Shown piece after piece: positions 10,551-20,420 of a stretch of DNA of 64,000 bases. The stretch lies in the NCBI GenBank assembly GCA_963762565.1, contig CAVXLD010000003.1:608001-672000 (forward strand). The letters are read 5' to 3'. Both the position numbers and the translations under genes were made by a program. The stretch is from an uncultured Verrucomicrobiae bacterium. Lineage in GTDB: Bacteria > Verrucomicrobiota > Verrucomicrobiia > Chthoniobacterales > JAFAMB01. The notes under the pieces are model-generated. The model was not told the DNA's origin. It made no database searches and saw nothing but the letters and a program-made list of their open reading frames with translations. Position 1 is the stretch's first letter; every line of letters starts with the position of its first letter.

Positions 10551-11086
10551 GGCTTGTCGACGCGGACGGAATCGACTTCGTGATCGACTTCTCTCAAGCG
10601 CACCTTGACTAGCTCTGAGCGCGAGGTGGGTAGACTTTTGCCGACGTAATCAGGTCTGATGGGAAGTTCTCGATGGCCCCGATCGATTAAGACCGCATAC
10701 TGGATTCGAGCTGGACGCCCGAAGGAGCTAATCGCATCCATGGCGGCGCGGCAGGTCCGCCCGGTAAAAAGGACATCGTCAACCAAGACCAGAGTTAAGT
10801 TTTCCAGATGAAGTGGCAGCTTGGTTTCCTGGACCCTCGGTAAGCGGGAACGCAGGCTTAAGTCATCTCGGTGCATCGAGATGTCCACGATACCGGTTTC
10901 AGGAGGTGTGCCTTCGATTTGGCCGATCAGATGGGCGATGCGTTGAGCGAGCGCGGCGCCCCTTTGCGGGATTCCGGCGACTAAGCAATTCTCCGGATGA
11001 GGGTTGTGCTCGAGGATCTCGTGAGCAATCCGGCGAAGGGAACGGGCGATCTCGTCCTCGTCCAGGATCAATACAGAGCTCGACAT
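10547..11086 (-). CDS. pyrR: Bifunctional pyr regulator / uracil phosphoribosyltransferase
   Basis: [37 protein letters not shown] at 11086 preferred because the upstream GTG lies in the PyrR loop. Confidence 0.95.
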   Translation of the reverse strand: MSSSVLILDEDEIARSLRRIAHEILEHNPHPENCLVAGIPQRGAALAQRIAHLIGQIEGTPPETGIVDISMHRDDLSLRSRLPRVQETKLPLHLENLTLVLVDDVLFTGRTCRAAMDAISSFGRPARIQYAVLIDRGHRELPIRPDYVGKSLPTSRSELVKVRLREVDHEVDSVRVDKP

Positions 11087-11091
11087 AACAC

Positions 11092-11124
11092 ACCTTCGCG
11101 ACCTCACTGGATCGCCTTAAAGGT
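11092..11124 (-). promoter_or_regulatory. PyrR-binding RNA loop overlapping the pyrR ribosome-binding site
   Basis: minus strand ACCTTTAAGGCGATCCAGTGAGGTCGCGAAGGT fits the CUUUAA...RUCCNGNGAGGY consensus; GAAGGT is 5 nt before the ATG. Confidence 0.85.
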
Positions 11125-11154
11125 CACCTACTTTAACTGACAGCGTAAAAAAGG

Positions 11155-11367
11155 CTACGCTTTAGTTGCGCGCTGACGGCGCTCGCGCCAAGCGGAGCGA
11201 TGCTTAACAATCCAGTCTAGCAGGGCTCTCTCGAAGCCGATGTCGTAGCCGGCTTTTTCGCTTTCAATCCACTTATGCCTCAGAATCTCTTCGCGCTCGG
11301 CTAAGAACTCCTTATACAACACTGAATTTTTAACCAGCTCGGAGGCGTCTTCTTTCGGGGGTTCCAT
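11155..11367 (-). CDS. Small conserved protein, DUF4032-like
   Basis: EILRHKWIESEKAGYDIGFERALLDW motif. Confidence 0.75.
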   Translation of the reverse strand: MEPPKEDASELVKNSVLYKEFLAEREEILRHKWIESEKAGYDIGFERALLDWIVKHRSAWRERRQRATKA

Positions 11368-11449
11368 CGATTTGGTAATCCGGAGTCTGTCGATAATTTT
11401 GTTAAGGAGTCAAATCAAAACCGACGTTTTGTTCGGACTCCGAACAAAT

Positions 11450-12511
11450 TCATGCCGCCTTTTCCACCCCGCGGCGTAGTTCGTCTGCAATAGAAAGGAA
11501 GATAGAGGATACGCTGCTTTTCGGATCTTCGAGAACCACTGGCATCCCACGGTCTCCAGCTTCCCGAGTGGCCACATCAATTGGCACTTCTCCCAGCAAC
11601 GGAACTTGTAGACGGGCGGCTTCGCGTTTGCCGCCGCCAGAACCAAAAATGTCGTAACGCTTACCATCGCTGGGTGATACGAAAAAGCTCATGTTTTCGA
11701 CGAGACCAAGCACCCGAACATTCACTTTGGCGAACATGGCGCTCGCCTTGCGGGCATCGATCAAGGCGACTTCTTGAGGAGTGGTAACGATTATGGCGCC
11801 GGAAAGCACAACTGTTTGTACGATAGTGAGTTGGATATCGCCAGTACCCGGCGGCAGATCGAGAATCAGATAATCCAGCCCTGACCAGTCGACTTGCCGT
11901 AGAAACTGTTGGGTAGCTCGAGTTACCATCGGGCCACGCAAAATCGCGGGTGAATTGTCATCCAGCAGAGATCCCATCGAGATCAATTTGATCCCATACC
12001 GTTCGATTGGCAGGATCGTGTTGTCGGAAGTCGCCATGGGTTGCTCCTGGGTGGCTCCGAACATCAAAGCTATGCTTGGCCCGTAGATGTCGCAGTCACA
12101 GAGGCCAGTCTTCAATCCTCGCTGTTGCAAAGCCGCAGCCAGGTTCGCCGCCACGGTCGATTTTCCCACGCCGCCCTTGCCGCTGGCTACTGCGATGACA
12201 TGTTTCACACCACTGATGCCGGTGGCCCCGGATCCAGCTATCCCCTTGCCGGTGTCCGGCGGGCTAGAGATATCGATGACGATCCGAGCTGACGTTACCC
12301 GCGGAATTGTACCAATCGCATTTTCGGCATCTCGTTTGATCGCTTCCGGCACCGCTGGATTACTGGTCGCGACCGCGAGGCGCACTAGTACGTCGCCCCC
12401 CGAAAGCTTGATCTCTTTCACCAAGCCGAAACTGACTATATCCCGGCTGTAGCCGGGAAATTTCACCAATTTCAGTCGATCAAGGATGGTGGACTCAGTG
12501 AGATCAGCCAC
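11450..12511 (-). CDS. mrp: Mrp/NBP35 (ApbC) Fe-S cluster carrier ATPase
   Basis: N-terminal DUF59-like domain, ASGKGGVGKST, DIYGPS, DLPPGTGD, VENMS. Confidence 0.93.
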   Translation of the reverse strand: MADLTESTILDRLKLVKFPGYSRDIVSFGLVKEIKLSGGDVLVRLAVATSNPAVPEAIKRDAENAIGTIPRVTSARIVIDISSPPDTGKGIAGSGATGISGVKHVIAVASGKGGVGKSTVAANLAAALQQRGLKTGLCDCDIYGPSIALMFGATQEQPMATSDNTILPIERYGIKLISMGSLLDDNSPAILRGPMVTRATQQFLRQVDWSGLDYLILDLPPGTGDIQLTIVQTVVLSGAIIVTTPQEVALIDARKASAMFAKVNVRVLGLVENMSFFVSPSDGKRYDIFGSGGGKREAARLQVPLLGEVPIDVATREAGDRGMPVVLEDPKSSVSSIFLSIADELRRGVEKAA

Positions 12512-12515
12512 AATG

Positions 12516-12641
12516 CGTTATAGGTTTTAGGTTTTAGGTTATAAGTTACACGTTATAGGTTTTACGTTTTAAGTCGCGCGTTGCCGCGCGTAGGACGCTT
12601 CAGGTCTCAACCTAAAACCTACAACTTAAAACGTATAACCT
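12516..12641. repeat. Inverted heptamer arrays (GTTWTAG)n ... (CTAAAAC)n
   Basis: about 8 units at 12516-12574, about 4 reverse-complement units at 12609-12641. Confidence 0.85.
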
Positions 12642-12776
12642 TTAACTGTTCGTAGCCGTAGCGGAGTTCGGGATGAGCAACCAACCGCAGAACCGAGGAA
12701 AGTCAATGTATGGGATGCTCGAGGCGCGAAGTGTTTGGTCCGAAGCATTTCGCGGGTGGAAAGAATTCAGCCTAGG

Positions 12777-13068
12777 CCCAACGCCTGGAGGGGAGCCGCT
12801 TTGGCATGTCGCCCGTGACCTCGCGATATCTGGTTCAGTGCGCCGTCTGGCCAATCAATGTAGCAGCGGGCGGCTCCCGGGAATAACCCAGCGCGAGGCA
12901 TTTACCCAACGCTTTCTATGCGTTTACACCCGAACCATAGAGCTGCCACCCGATGGATCGTTCCCGGGAGCCGCTTGTTCTCACACGGTTCGGCTGGACT
13001 AACGATGAGAGGAAAGGCCGCGAGGGTGGAGAGATACACGCCAAAGCGGCTCCACTCCAGGCGTTGGG
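12777..13068 (+). repeat. Family A expanded-loop REP doublet, copy 1 (inside outer IR gaggcgcgaag/cttcgcgcctc at 12721-13100)
   Basis: GGAG-GGGAGCCGC[70]GCGGCTCCC[87]GGGAGCCGC[71]GCGGCTCCA-CTCC. Confidence 0.9.
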
Positions 13069-13168
13069 CCTCTCTAAACTCCTTCACCGCTTCGCGCCTC
13101 CATCTTGGTTGCGTCTCGCAACAATCGGGCTTTGAGTAAACCGGAGGGACGAAGAAGACACTTTTGCT

Positions 13169-14632
13169 ATGAATCCTATCGAAACTTTGAAAAAGCGGGA
13201 TCTTTTGCGGGAGCAATGTTTTGTCGGTGGTAGTTGGGTTAAAGGAAATAAGACTGTCGACGTCGAGGACAAGGCTTCAGGCGAACGGATTGCTGGGGTT
13301 CCGTATTTTGGAACCGAAGAGACTAAAGGGGCAATCGATCAGGCCCATCAGGCGCTGCCTGCCTGGCGCAAAAAGACTCCGGTTCAACGCTCGGTGTTGC
13401 TGAGAAAATGGTTCGACTTGATGACGGCCAACGCCGGCGATCTGGCCAAGCTAGCCACCGCGGAGAGCGGTAAGCCTTTGAAAGAATCGGAAGGAGAGGC
13501 GGCTTATGCGGCGGCTTATCTCGAGTGGTACGCGGAGGAAGCAAAACGCATCTACGGGGACGTGATTCCGAATGCGAATCCGGATCAGCGGATTGTTGTG
13601 ATTAAGCAAGGCGTCGGTGTCTGCGCGGCGATTACCCCCTGGAATTTTCCATTGGCCATGATCACTCGGAAGGCGGGGCCAGCACTGGCGGCCGGATGCA
13701 CCATCGTCATCAAGCCGGCTACCGAGACGCCCCTATGCGCCTTAGCTCTGGGCGTTTTGGCTGAAGAAGCCGGTTTTCCGCCGGGAACAGTGAATGTCCT
13801 GACTGGGGACGAGGTCGCCATCGGTAAAGAGCTAACCGGCAACCCGGATGTCCGCAAAGTCACCTTTACTGGGTCAACTCCGGTCGGAAAATTGATCGCG
13901 AAACAAAGCGCCGACACGCTGAAGAAAGTTACGATGGAGCTTGGTGGTAATGCGCCTTTCATTGTCTTCGCTGACGCGGACGTCGACAAAGCGGTGCAAG
14001 GCGCCATTGCGGCTAAGTACCGGAATGCCGGGCAAACCTGTATCTGCACGAACCGCTTCTTAATTCACAACAAGGTGTTTGATGAATTTACGGACAAATT
14101 TTCCAAGCAGGTTGCTAACTTAAAGGTAGGGAGCGGCTTCGAACCGGGTGTCGACATCGGGCCACTGATCAGCCGGGAAGCCGTCGATAAGACTCGGTCT
14201 TTTATCGCTGATGCGACCGAGAAAGGCGCTGAGGTCACCATCGGTGGTCGGCCTCACGGGCTGGGTGGATTGTTTTTTGAGCCAACTGTGATCACCAAAG
14301 CGACGCCCAAAATGCGCTTTTTCCAGGAAGAGATCTTTGGGCCGGTCGCGCCGCTCTATTCATTTGAAGATGAGAGCGAGGTAATCGACTTGGCCAACAG
14401 TACGCCCTACGGTTTAGCGAGCTATTTCTATGGCCGTGATATTGGCCGAGTCTGGCGCGTCGCTGAAGCTCTTGATTACGGCATGGTTGGCGTAAATACC
14501 GGACTGATCTCAAACGTGATGGCGCCCTTTGGCGGAGTAAAGGAATCCGGTTATGGCCGCGAAGGCTCGAAGTATGGTCTGGATGATTATATGGCCATAA
14601 AATATATCTGCCTGGCAGGGATAGAGTCGTAG
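13169..14632 (+). CDS. gabD: NAD(P)-dependent succinate-semialdehyde dehydrogenase
   Basis: ITPWNFP, FTGST, MELGGNAP, NAGQTCIC, EEIFGPV, PFGGVKESG. Confidence 0.92.
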   Translation: MNPIETLKKRDLLREQCFVGGSWVKGNKTVDVEDKASGERIAGVPYFGTEETKGAIDQAHQALPAWRKKTPVQRSVLLRKWFDLMTANAGDLAKLATAESGKPLKESEGEAAYAAAYLEWYAEEAKRIYGDVIPNANPDQRIVVIKQGVGVCAAITPWNFPLAMITRKAGPALAAGCTIVIKPATETPLCALALGVLAEEAGFPPGTVNVLTGDEVAIGKELTGNPDVRKVTFTGSTPVGKLIAKQSADTLKKVTMELGGNAPFIVFADADVDKAVQGAIAAKYRNAGQTCICTNRFLIHNKVFDEFTDKFSKQVANLKVGSGFEPGVDIGPLISREAVDKTRSFIADATEKGAEVTIGGRPHGLGGLFFEPTVITKATPKMRFFQEEIFGPVAPLYSFEDESEVIDLANSTPYGLASYFYGRDIGRVWRVAEALDYGMVGVNTGLISNVMAPFGGVKESGYGREGSKYGLDDYMAIKYICLAGIES

Positions 14633-14637
14633 GAACG

Positions 14638-14930
14638 CTTCGTCTCGCCCTCGTCGTCGTCCTTCCGACTTCGCCGGCTTCCTGGTTGTGGAGCGCGCCT
14701 CGCTTGCGAGGCCGACTTCGAGCGGTTGGCAACATAGCTCCCGGGCATAACTCAGCGCGAGGCAATTACTCAACGCTTTCGATGCGTTTACGCCCGACAC
14801 CAGGGAGTTGCTAACCGACGGGTCGATCCCGGGAGCCGCCTGTTCTCGCGCGTTTCGGCCGGACTGGTAATGAGACGAATGTTGCGAGGCTGGCGGGATA
14901 CACCAAAGCGGCTCCCCTCCAAGCCTTGGG
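14638..14930. repeat. Composite repeat: hexamer arm + Family D REP (14688-14714) + truncated Family A copy 2 (14737-14930)
   Basis: cgtctcgccctcgtcgtcgtcct; gtggagcgcgcctcgcttgcgaggccg; GCTCCC[88]GGGAGCCGC[68]GCGGCTCCC-CTCC. Confidence 0.85.
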
Positions 14931-14999
14931 TGTTCGTCCACGCAGAGCGTTCTCAAACGTTATCGTGTTGATGTAGCTCGCTGGCGAAAGGCCAATTAG

Positions 15000-15050
15000 C
15001 CTATAAGGCATATAGGCTCTAGAGACACTATAGGAGCCATACGTCCTATT
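15000..15050. repeat. Degenerate 9-mer tandem array
   Basis: cctataagg catataggc tctagagac actatagga gccatacgt cctat, period 9. Confidence 0.5.
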
Positions 15051-15200
15051 GTTAACCGTCGCAATCCGTCCTTCTCTTTCGTCGCCAAATTAGGTATTAG
15101 TTAATTCCGGCAAGTATATTGGTTAAGGAACGTCATCTCTAATGTTTGAACGCTAACCAGCGAACTTACCTGTAATAAGTACATTCAGAGGAGATCCAAG

Positions 15201-15800
15201 ATGGAAAATACGAGGCTCATCGAGCTGCGGAGGACCTACGACACGGAACTGGCTGCCGGTAGATACTCATGTGCTGAGCAAATCTGCTGGCAAGCAATCG
15301 AGATTTGCGGCTATCGCGGCGCGCGCCGGCACTTCAGTTGTTGGCTGGGTTCGGCGGGCTCGAAGGCAGCCCTGGGGGTAGAGGCAGTCTGGTTATGGGA
15401 GTGGGCCGGTCTATTGGCCGATATTTACTATGAACTAGGTCAGTATGCGGAAGCGGAACCGGTCTATGCCTGGTTGGCAGTGGCTTGGATGCGCTTGCCT
15501 CGGGAATTGAAAGGTCACGCCTCGGGAACGCGTGCTTTGCTGTCTGATCTGTTACGAAAGTTGGCGGGGACCGAAGCGTTTATCGGGAAAGAACAGCGGG
15601 CAGGAAAACATTGGGTGATGGCTAAAAGACTTTCTGGTAAATGGGCGGTGGTCTTGGCTCCGGAGAGAAACGGAACGAGTTTGGCGGTAGGCTCGCTTCC
15701 CAGTCGAGGCCGTGTAACGGATACACTGCGAGAGGGGTTTGGTCATGGTTTTAGCCGATGGCCGTCGCTCTCTAGACATCGCCGATTTCGCAGGAGCTAG
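15201..15800 (+). CDS. Hypothetical protein with a TPR-like segment
   Basis: GAGGAG RBS upstream; LADIYYELGQYAEAEPVY resembles a TPR. Confidence 0.55.
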   Translation: MENTRLIELRRTYDTELAAGRYSCAEQICWQAIEICGYRGARRHFSCWLGSAGSKAALGVEAVWLWEWAGLLADIYYELGQYAEAEPVYAWLAVAWMRLPRELKGHASGTRALLSDLLRKLAGTEAFIGKEQRAGKHWVMAKRLSGKWAVVLAPERNGTSLAVGSLPSRGRVTDTLREGFGHGFSRWPSLSRHRRFRRS

Positions 15801-15815
15801 GCCGAGCAGGCGATA

Positions 15816-17026
15816 CTATTCTTGCGATTTTTTGCTTGCGATGGCTTCCGCTAGATTTGCCTCCGCGGTCGCCAGGCGGGTGGCAGCTTCGAGTTGAAAA
15901 GCGATCAAATCGGCGAACGTCCGGAACATGCCAATCACCACCGGATCACCAAGTTTCGCCGGTTCTGGGTCGATCGCGCAAAGTGTGCCGTAGAATCTGC
16001 CGTCACGCATAAAGATCGGCACGGAAATATAGCTTTGAAACCCATACATCGAAGGCGCGCAGTGATTGAAATAGGCGGCATTTTCCGCCACCCGGTTGAT
16101 GATAACAGCATGGCCGGCTTGCCGGACTTCGTGACACAAAGTGGTTGTAACCGGCAGTTCGTCCCCAGGCTTCAGCCCAAAGCCAATCGCGTCATGGGCA
16201 TCAAGACACACCCAACGCTCTGAGGTAACTCGCGCAATAGCGATAAACCCCATTCCGGTGACACGGCATACGCTTTTGAGGATTGTGGGCACGGCAGACA
16301 AGGCCTTGATCGCGTCCAGATCGTTCTGAAAATCGAAATAGCTGCCGCCGGCGGTCGCACCGATTGGTCTGCGCACCATATGATTGTTGACATGAGCTTG
16401 CGGGCTACCATCGACTCCTGGATTGCGTAGGACGAAATGGTGACGTTCAATGATGTCGCTGACTTCCGCGTGGCCGAGGCGGTCATGGCAGTAGCTGCAC
16501 ATACAGATAAGGCGTTGCCCGGGAACGGCCCTGTGCACGTGCGATTCGTAGTCTACAAAGGTATTCCAGCGATCCTTGTTTGCCCATCACAATTGCCATT
16601 GGTACGCAGGCCGCGATAACCGGCGGCAAGGGCTTTTTGTTCACGTTGCAGCAGTCCATCGACAATGGCTTTCGACTGGAGCGGTTGGTCGGGGTCGTAA
16701 AAGCTGCGCGTATCCTGTATTTCAATCTGCCCCCGACGTTCACGAACATCGAGATCAGGGACGGCGGCTCGCAGCGCCGCGCGGGCGTCGTCTAGGCAGA
16801 ACGGCGCGTTAGTGACCCAAAGGCAGAGTTCGTTGTTCTCAAGCCCCGCTCTGAAGTAGGGTACCAGCACATCACGCAAATCGGCCGCCACGCTGTAAAA
16901 CTGACCGATATGGCTTCCCCACGACAGGGACGGCAGCACCGCTATACCCGAGGGCGCAAATTCCTGTGGAGGATGCTCCAGCATGGAGCACAGCTTAGCA
17001 TTAAAATGGCACGACAAAACAGGCAA
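15816..17026 (-). pseudogene. MEDS + GAF sensor protein split by a 1-bp frameshift near 16586
   Basis: MEDS half (WGSHIGQFY...GLRTNGNC) and GAF half (VTGMGFIAIARV...GTLCAIDPEP) join if one T is restored in TGT GAT (T)GG GCA, giving CDWANKDRWNTFVDYESHVHRAV. Confidence 0.75.
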
Positions 17027-17142
17027 AGTTGACCAAACAGTTTAGAAATCGTGGTCCCAAGTTGCTCAATTAGGGGATGAGGACCCGGGGCATTGACGGG
17101 ACGTCCACCGAAATGCTTCGGGCTAAAGCGTCGCATTTTAAA

Positions 17143-20100
17143 CTACCCAAAATCATGCGAGCTGGGAGTCTCTAACGCGAAGGTAGGTAAACGTTCTATG
17201 TTCTTCGCGCGAACATGAATTACTCCCTGGCGACTTTGAAGGATGCCTTCCACTAATAAAAAGCTCTCTTGAGTGATAATCAGACGATAGCGTTCGAACA
17301 TATTAGGCGTAACGATCACGTTGCTAATGCCGGTTTCGTCTTCCAAGCTGATAAAAACAAAACCTTTTGCCGTGCCGGGTCGTTGCCTGCAGATGGCGAT
17401 ACCGGCAACTCGTAGCAAGGTCCCATTACTCGCTTGAGGTAAATCGATACTACGCCAGATGTTATCCGGTAAAGTGGACCTTAAACAGGCAAGAGGATGC
17501 TTACCCACGGTCAAACGCATGGTGGAATAATCAGCAGTTAGACGTTCTACTTGTTCCATTTGCGGCAAGGGATCGGACGGCTGATCCAAGTGAGTAAAAA
17601 GCTCTCCTTGATAGTATGGAGCTTCAACCAGCCAGAGAGCATGGCGTCGGTGGCTGGCTAAAGGATTGAGAGCGCCGGAAGTGGCTAAAACCCTTAGCTC
17701 GTCGCGATCAAAATAGGTTCGCTTCCTAAAATCAACGAGATCCCGGAACGGACGGCTTTGACGCTCATTGATCATGCGTTGAACGTTGGGGCTGCTAAGT
17801 CCCCGACTTAAACAAAAACCTAGCCGGATAGTTTTATCCGATATTACGGTACAGAACCAATCAGACTCTGTGACTGATACAGGTAGTACCCGAATTTGAT
17901 GTCTCTGGGCGTCCTTTATTAGAGTAGCCGGAGCATAAAAACCCATAGGTTGATTATTCAGCAAGCTGACATAGAACTCGGCTGGTCTATGTACCTTTAG
18001 CCAGGAACTAGCGTAAGCAATCAAAGCAAAACTGATGGCGTGTGATTCCGGGAATCCATAGAGTGCGAATGAAGAGATAGCGGCTAAGATCTTTTCAGAG
18101 ACTTCCTCACTCACCTGGTTATCAGTTAACGCATTCCGAAGCTTTTTGGCGACCCGTTGCATCCGTTCTTGGGATCGATGAAAGCTCAATGCCCGTCGTA
18201 ATTCCTCCGCTTCATTGCCGGTGAAGTTAGCCATTACCATGGCAATTTTGAGCATTTGTTCTTGAAAAAGAGGGACTCCCAAGGTTCGCTCTAGAACCGG
18301 GATTAACCGTTCATCTAAATAAGTGATTTCCTCCGTGCCTTCCCGCCTGGCTAAGTAAGGATGCATCAGATGACCTTGGATTGGTCCTGGCCGGATAATG
18401 GCCACTTCGATTACGAGATCGTAAAACCGACGAGGCTTCATCCGAGGCAGGGTTGCCATTTGCGCACGGCTTTCCACCTGGAACACTCCAACGGTATCAG
18501 CGGCGCAAAGCATATCATAGGTCTGCGGATCATCCTTTGGCAGTTTCGCTAGCTCAATGGGGTGACCGCGTTGAGAGCAAATTTCAATCGCGTCCTGTAA
18601 AGCCGCCATCATTCCCAGTCCGAGCAAATCGACTTTTACTATCCCGAGATCTTCGCAGTCTTCCTTGTCCCATTGGATCACGGTTCGATTGGGCATAGTG
18701 GCGTTCTCCAGTGGCACAATCGAATCCAAATGATTTTGAGAAATCACCATCCCACCTGAATGTTGGCCCAGATGACGAGGTAACCCCTGGATCATTTGAT
18801 AAGCATTCAGAAATGTGGGGACCCGAGGATTATTCAGGGATAGTCCTGATTGTCGAAGTTGTTCTCGAGCTTCTAAGGTGTGCGGAAAATCACCGCTATG
18901 ATGCAATCGGGAAAATCGATCCATGATATCTTCAGGTAAATTGAGCGCTTTACCAATCTCCCGCATGGAGCTGCGTCCTCGAAAACAGATGACATTGGCT
19001 GTCATGGCGGCTCCGAGTCTACTGTAACGCCGATAAACCTCTTGGATAACGCTTTCCCGCCGGTCACCACTGGGTAAATCCAGATCGATATCCGGCCACC
19101 CTTTTCTGCCTTCACTAAGAAATCGCTCGAATAATAGATGGTTACCGATGGGATCTACCGGAGTAATTCCTAAGCAAAAACAAACAGCGCTGTTGGCCGC
19201 ACTACCCCGACCTTGCACCATAATATTCTGACTCCGGCAAAACTGGATCAGATCCCAGACAATGAGGAAATAACCTGGGAACCCTAATTTATGAATTAAA
19301 GCCAGCTCTCGTTCGATCTGATTTCTAACTTTTTTCGTTATCTTTGGATAAAGCCGGCGGGCGCCGTCCCAGGTTGTCTGTTCAAGAAAGCTATCCATGG
19401 TTTCCCCGGGAGGAACAGAGTAACGGGGAAATTCATAACCAAGATTTTCCAAAGTAAACTCTACTTCCTTGGCGATAGCGGCAGTATTGGCAACTGCCTG
19501 AGGAAGGTCGCTGAAAAGAGCGCACATCATAGCCGCATTTTTTAAATGACGCTCGGTGTTAGGCTCCAATAGCTGGCCGGCAAGATCCAGGTGAGTATGA
19601 TTCAGCGCACAGGTAAATACATCCAAAGCGATCCGTTGATCCGGAGTCGCGTAAAGGACTCCATTTGTAGCGACTAGTTTTAAGTGATGTTTTTCGGCTA
19701 GCCGCAACAAATTTAGTTCGATCCAGGGTTCATCTCGTAGATGATGGCGTTGGATCTCGACAAATAAGTGATCGACATCAAAACAACGTTTCAGATCGGC
19801 TAAACTTTTATCTGCGCCGGCAAAATCACCGCTAGTCAAGGCTCGATGCAACGGCCCTTCCTGGTCGCCGGTCAGACAGACTAGACCTTCGCTAAATTCA
19901 GAGAGTTCAGCCCAATCTATCGCGCTCTCGTTTTTAGGCGATCGCAATTTTGCTCTCGATATCAGTCGGCAAAGATTTTGATAACCGATACGGGATTTTA
20001 CCAGGACTGGTAAAACCGTGCCGTCAGTCATGGTGAGCTCGCTTCCGACCAATGGCCTGATACCGGCTTCCTTAGCAGCTGTGTAGAATCGGGGTGCACC

Positions 20101-20232
20101 AAAGACCCCATCTCGGTCACACAACGCTAGAGCCGGCAATTCCTGTTCGGCAGCGAGGTAAGCGAGGTTTTCAGGAGAAGAACTACCTCGTAAAAAGCTG
20201 AATGCGCTGCGAGCATGTAGTTCGACGTACAT
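17143..20232 (-). CDS. dnaE2: Error-prone DNA polymerase DnaE2 (ImuC)
   Basis: PHP domain YVELHARSAFSFL, QGRGSAANS, PDIDLD, C-terminal SHDF motif; downstream of imuA-imuB. Confidence 0.96.
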   Translation of the reverse strand: MYVELHARSAFSFLRGSSSPENLAYLAAEQELPALALCDRDGVFGAPRFYTAAKEAGIRPLVGSELTMTDGTVLPVLVKSRIGYQNLCRLISRAKLRSPKNESAIDWAELSEFSEGLVCLTGDQEGPLHRALTSGDFAGADKSLADLKRCFDVDHLFVEIQRHHLRDEPWIELNLLRLAEKHHLKLVATNGVLYATPDQRIALDVFTCALNHTHLDLAGQLLEPNTERHLKNAAMMCALFSDLPQAVANTAAIAKEVEFTLENLGYEFPRYSVPPGETMDSFLEQTTWDGARRLYPKITKKVRNQIERELALIHKLGFPGYFLIVWDLIQFCRSQNIMVQGRGSAANSAVCFCLGITPVDPIGNHLLFERFLSEGRKGWPDIDLDLPSGDRRESVIQEVYRRYSRLGAAMTANVICFRGRSSMREIGKALNLPEDIMDRFSRLHHSGDFPHTLEAREQLRQSGLSLNNPRVPTFLNAYQMIQGLPRHLGQHSGGMVISQNHLDSIVPLENATMPNRTVIQWDKEDCEDLGIVKVDLLGLGMMAALQDAIEICSQRGHPIELAKLPKDDPQTYDMLCAADTVGVFQVESRAQMATLPRMKPRRFYDLVIEVAIIRPGPIQGHLMHPYLARREGTEEITYLDERLIPVLERTLGVPLFQEQMLKIAMVMANFTGNEAEELRRALSFHRSQERMQRVAKKLRNALTDNQVSEEVSEKILAAISSFALYGFPESHAISFALIAYASSWLKVHRPAEFYVSLLNNQPMGFYAPATLIKDAQRHQIRVLPVSVTESDWFCTVISDKTIRLGFCLSRGLSSPNVQRMINERQSRPFRDLVDFRKRTYFDRDELRVLATSGALNPLASHRRHALWLVEAPYYQGELFTHLDQPSDPLPQMEQVERLTADYSTMRLTVGKHPLACLRSTLPDNIWRSIDLPQASNGTLLRVAGIAICRQRPGTAKGFVFISLEDETGISNVIVTPNMFERYRLIITQESFLLVEGILQSRQGVIHVRAKNIERLPTFALETPSSHDFG

Positions 20233-20239
20233 GGGAGAG

Positions 20240-20417
20240 AGGAGCTAGGAGCTAGAATCTAGGAGCTAGGAGAGGTCGACAGACATTGGTTCGCTCGGAG
20301 TCAATAACACATAGGTCCCATGTGTCCCATAAGTCCCATTTCAGCCACCCCTTAAAAACTTCTCTCAAGAAACCGCTTGTTTCTCCCAACGGCCGCTCCT
20401 CCTAGCTCCTAGCTCCT
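20240..20417. repeat. Inverted GGAGCTA heptamer arms enclosing a 9-mer array (20310-20339)
   Basis: ggagctaggagctagaatctaggagctagg ... cctagctcctagctcct; inner cataggtcc catgtgtcc cataagtcc. Confidence 0.88.
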
Positions 20418-20420
20418 TTT

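Noticed and set aside
11428..11448. Second LexA box (TGTTC ... GAACA)
   Set aside because: Spacer is 7 nt rather than 4 and the neighbouring genes are not SOS genes
12777..13068. Family A as a mini CRISPR array (conserved repeats with constant-length spacers)
   Set aside because: Arms alternate in orientation, spacers of 70-97 nt are partly complementary and homologous between copies, copies are dispersed, and no cas genes are present
12776..13069. Integron attC site: ends read GCCCAAC ... GTTGGGC (RYYYAAC/GTTRRRY)
   Set aside because: About 294 bp is much longer than typical attC sites, the GTT core is not kept in the other copies, the flanks are divergent housekeeping genes, and there is no integrase
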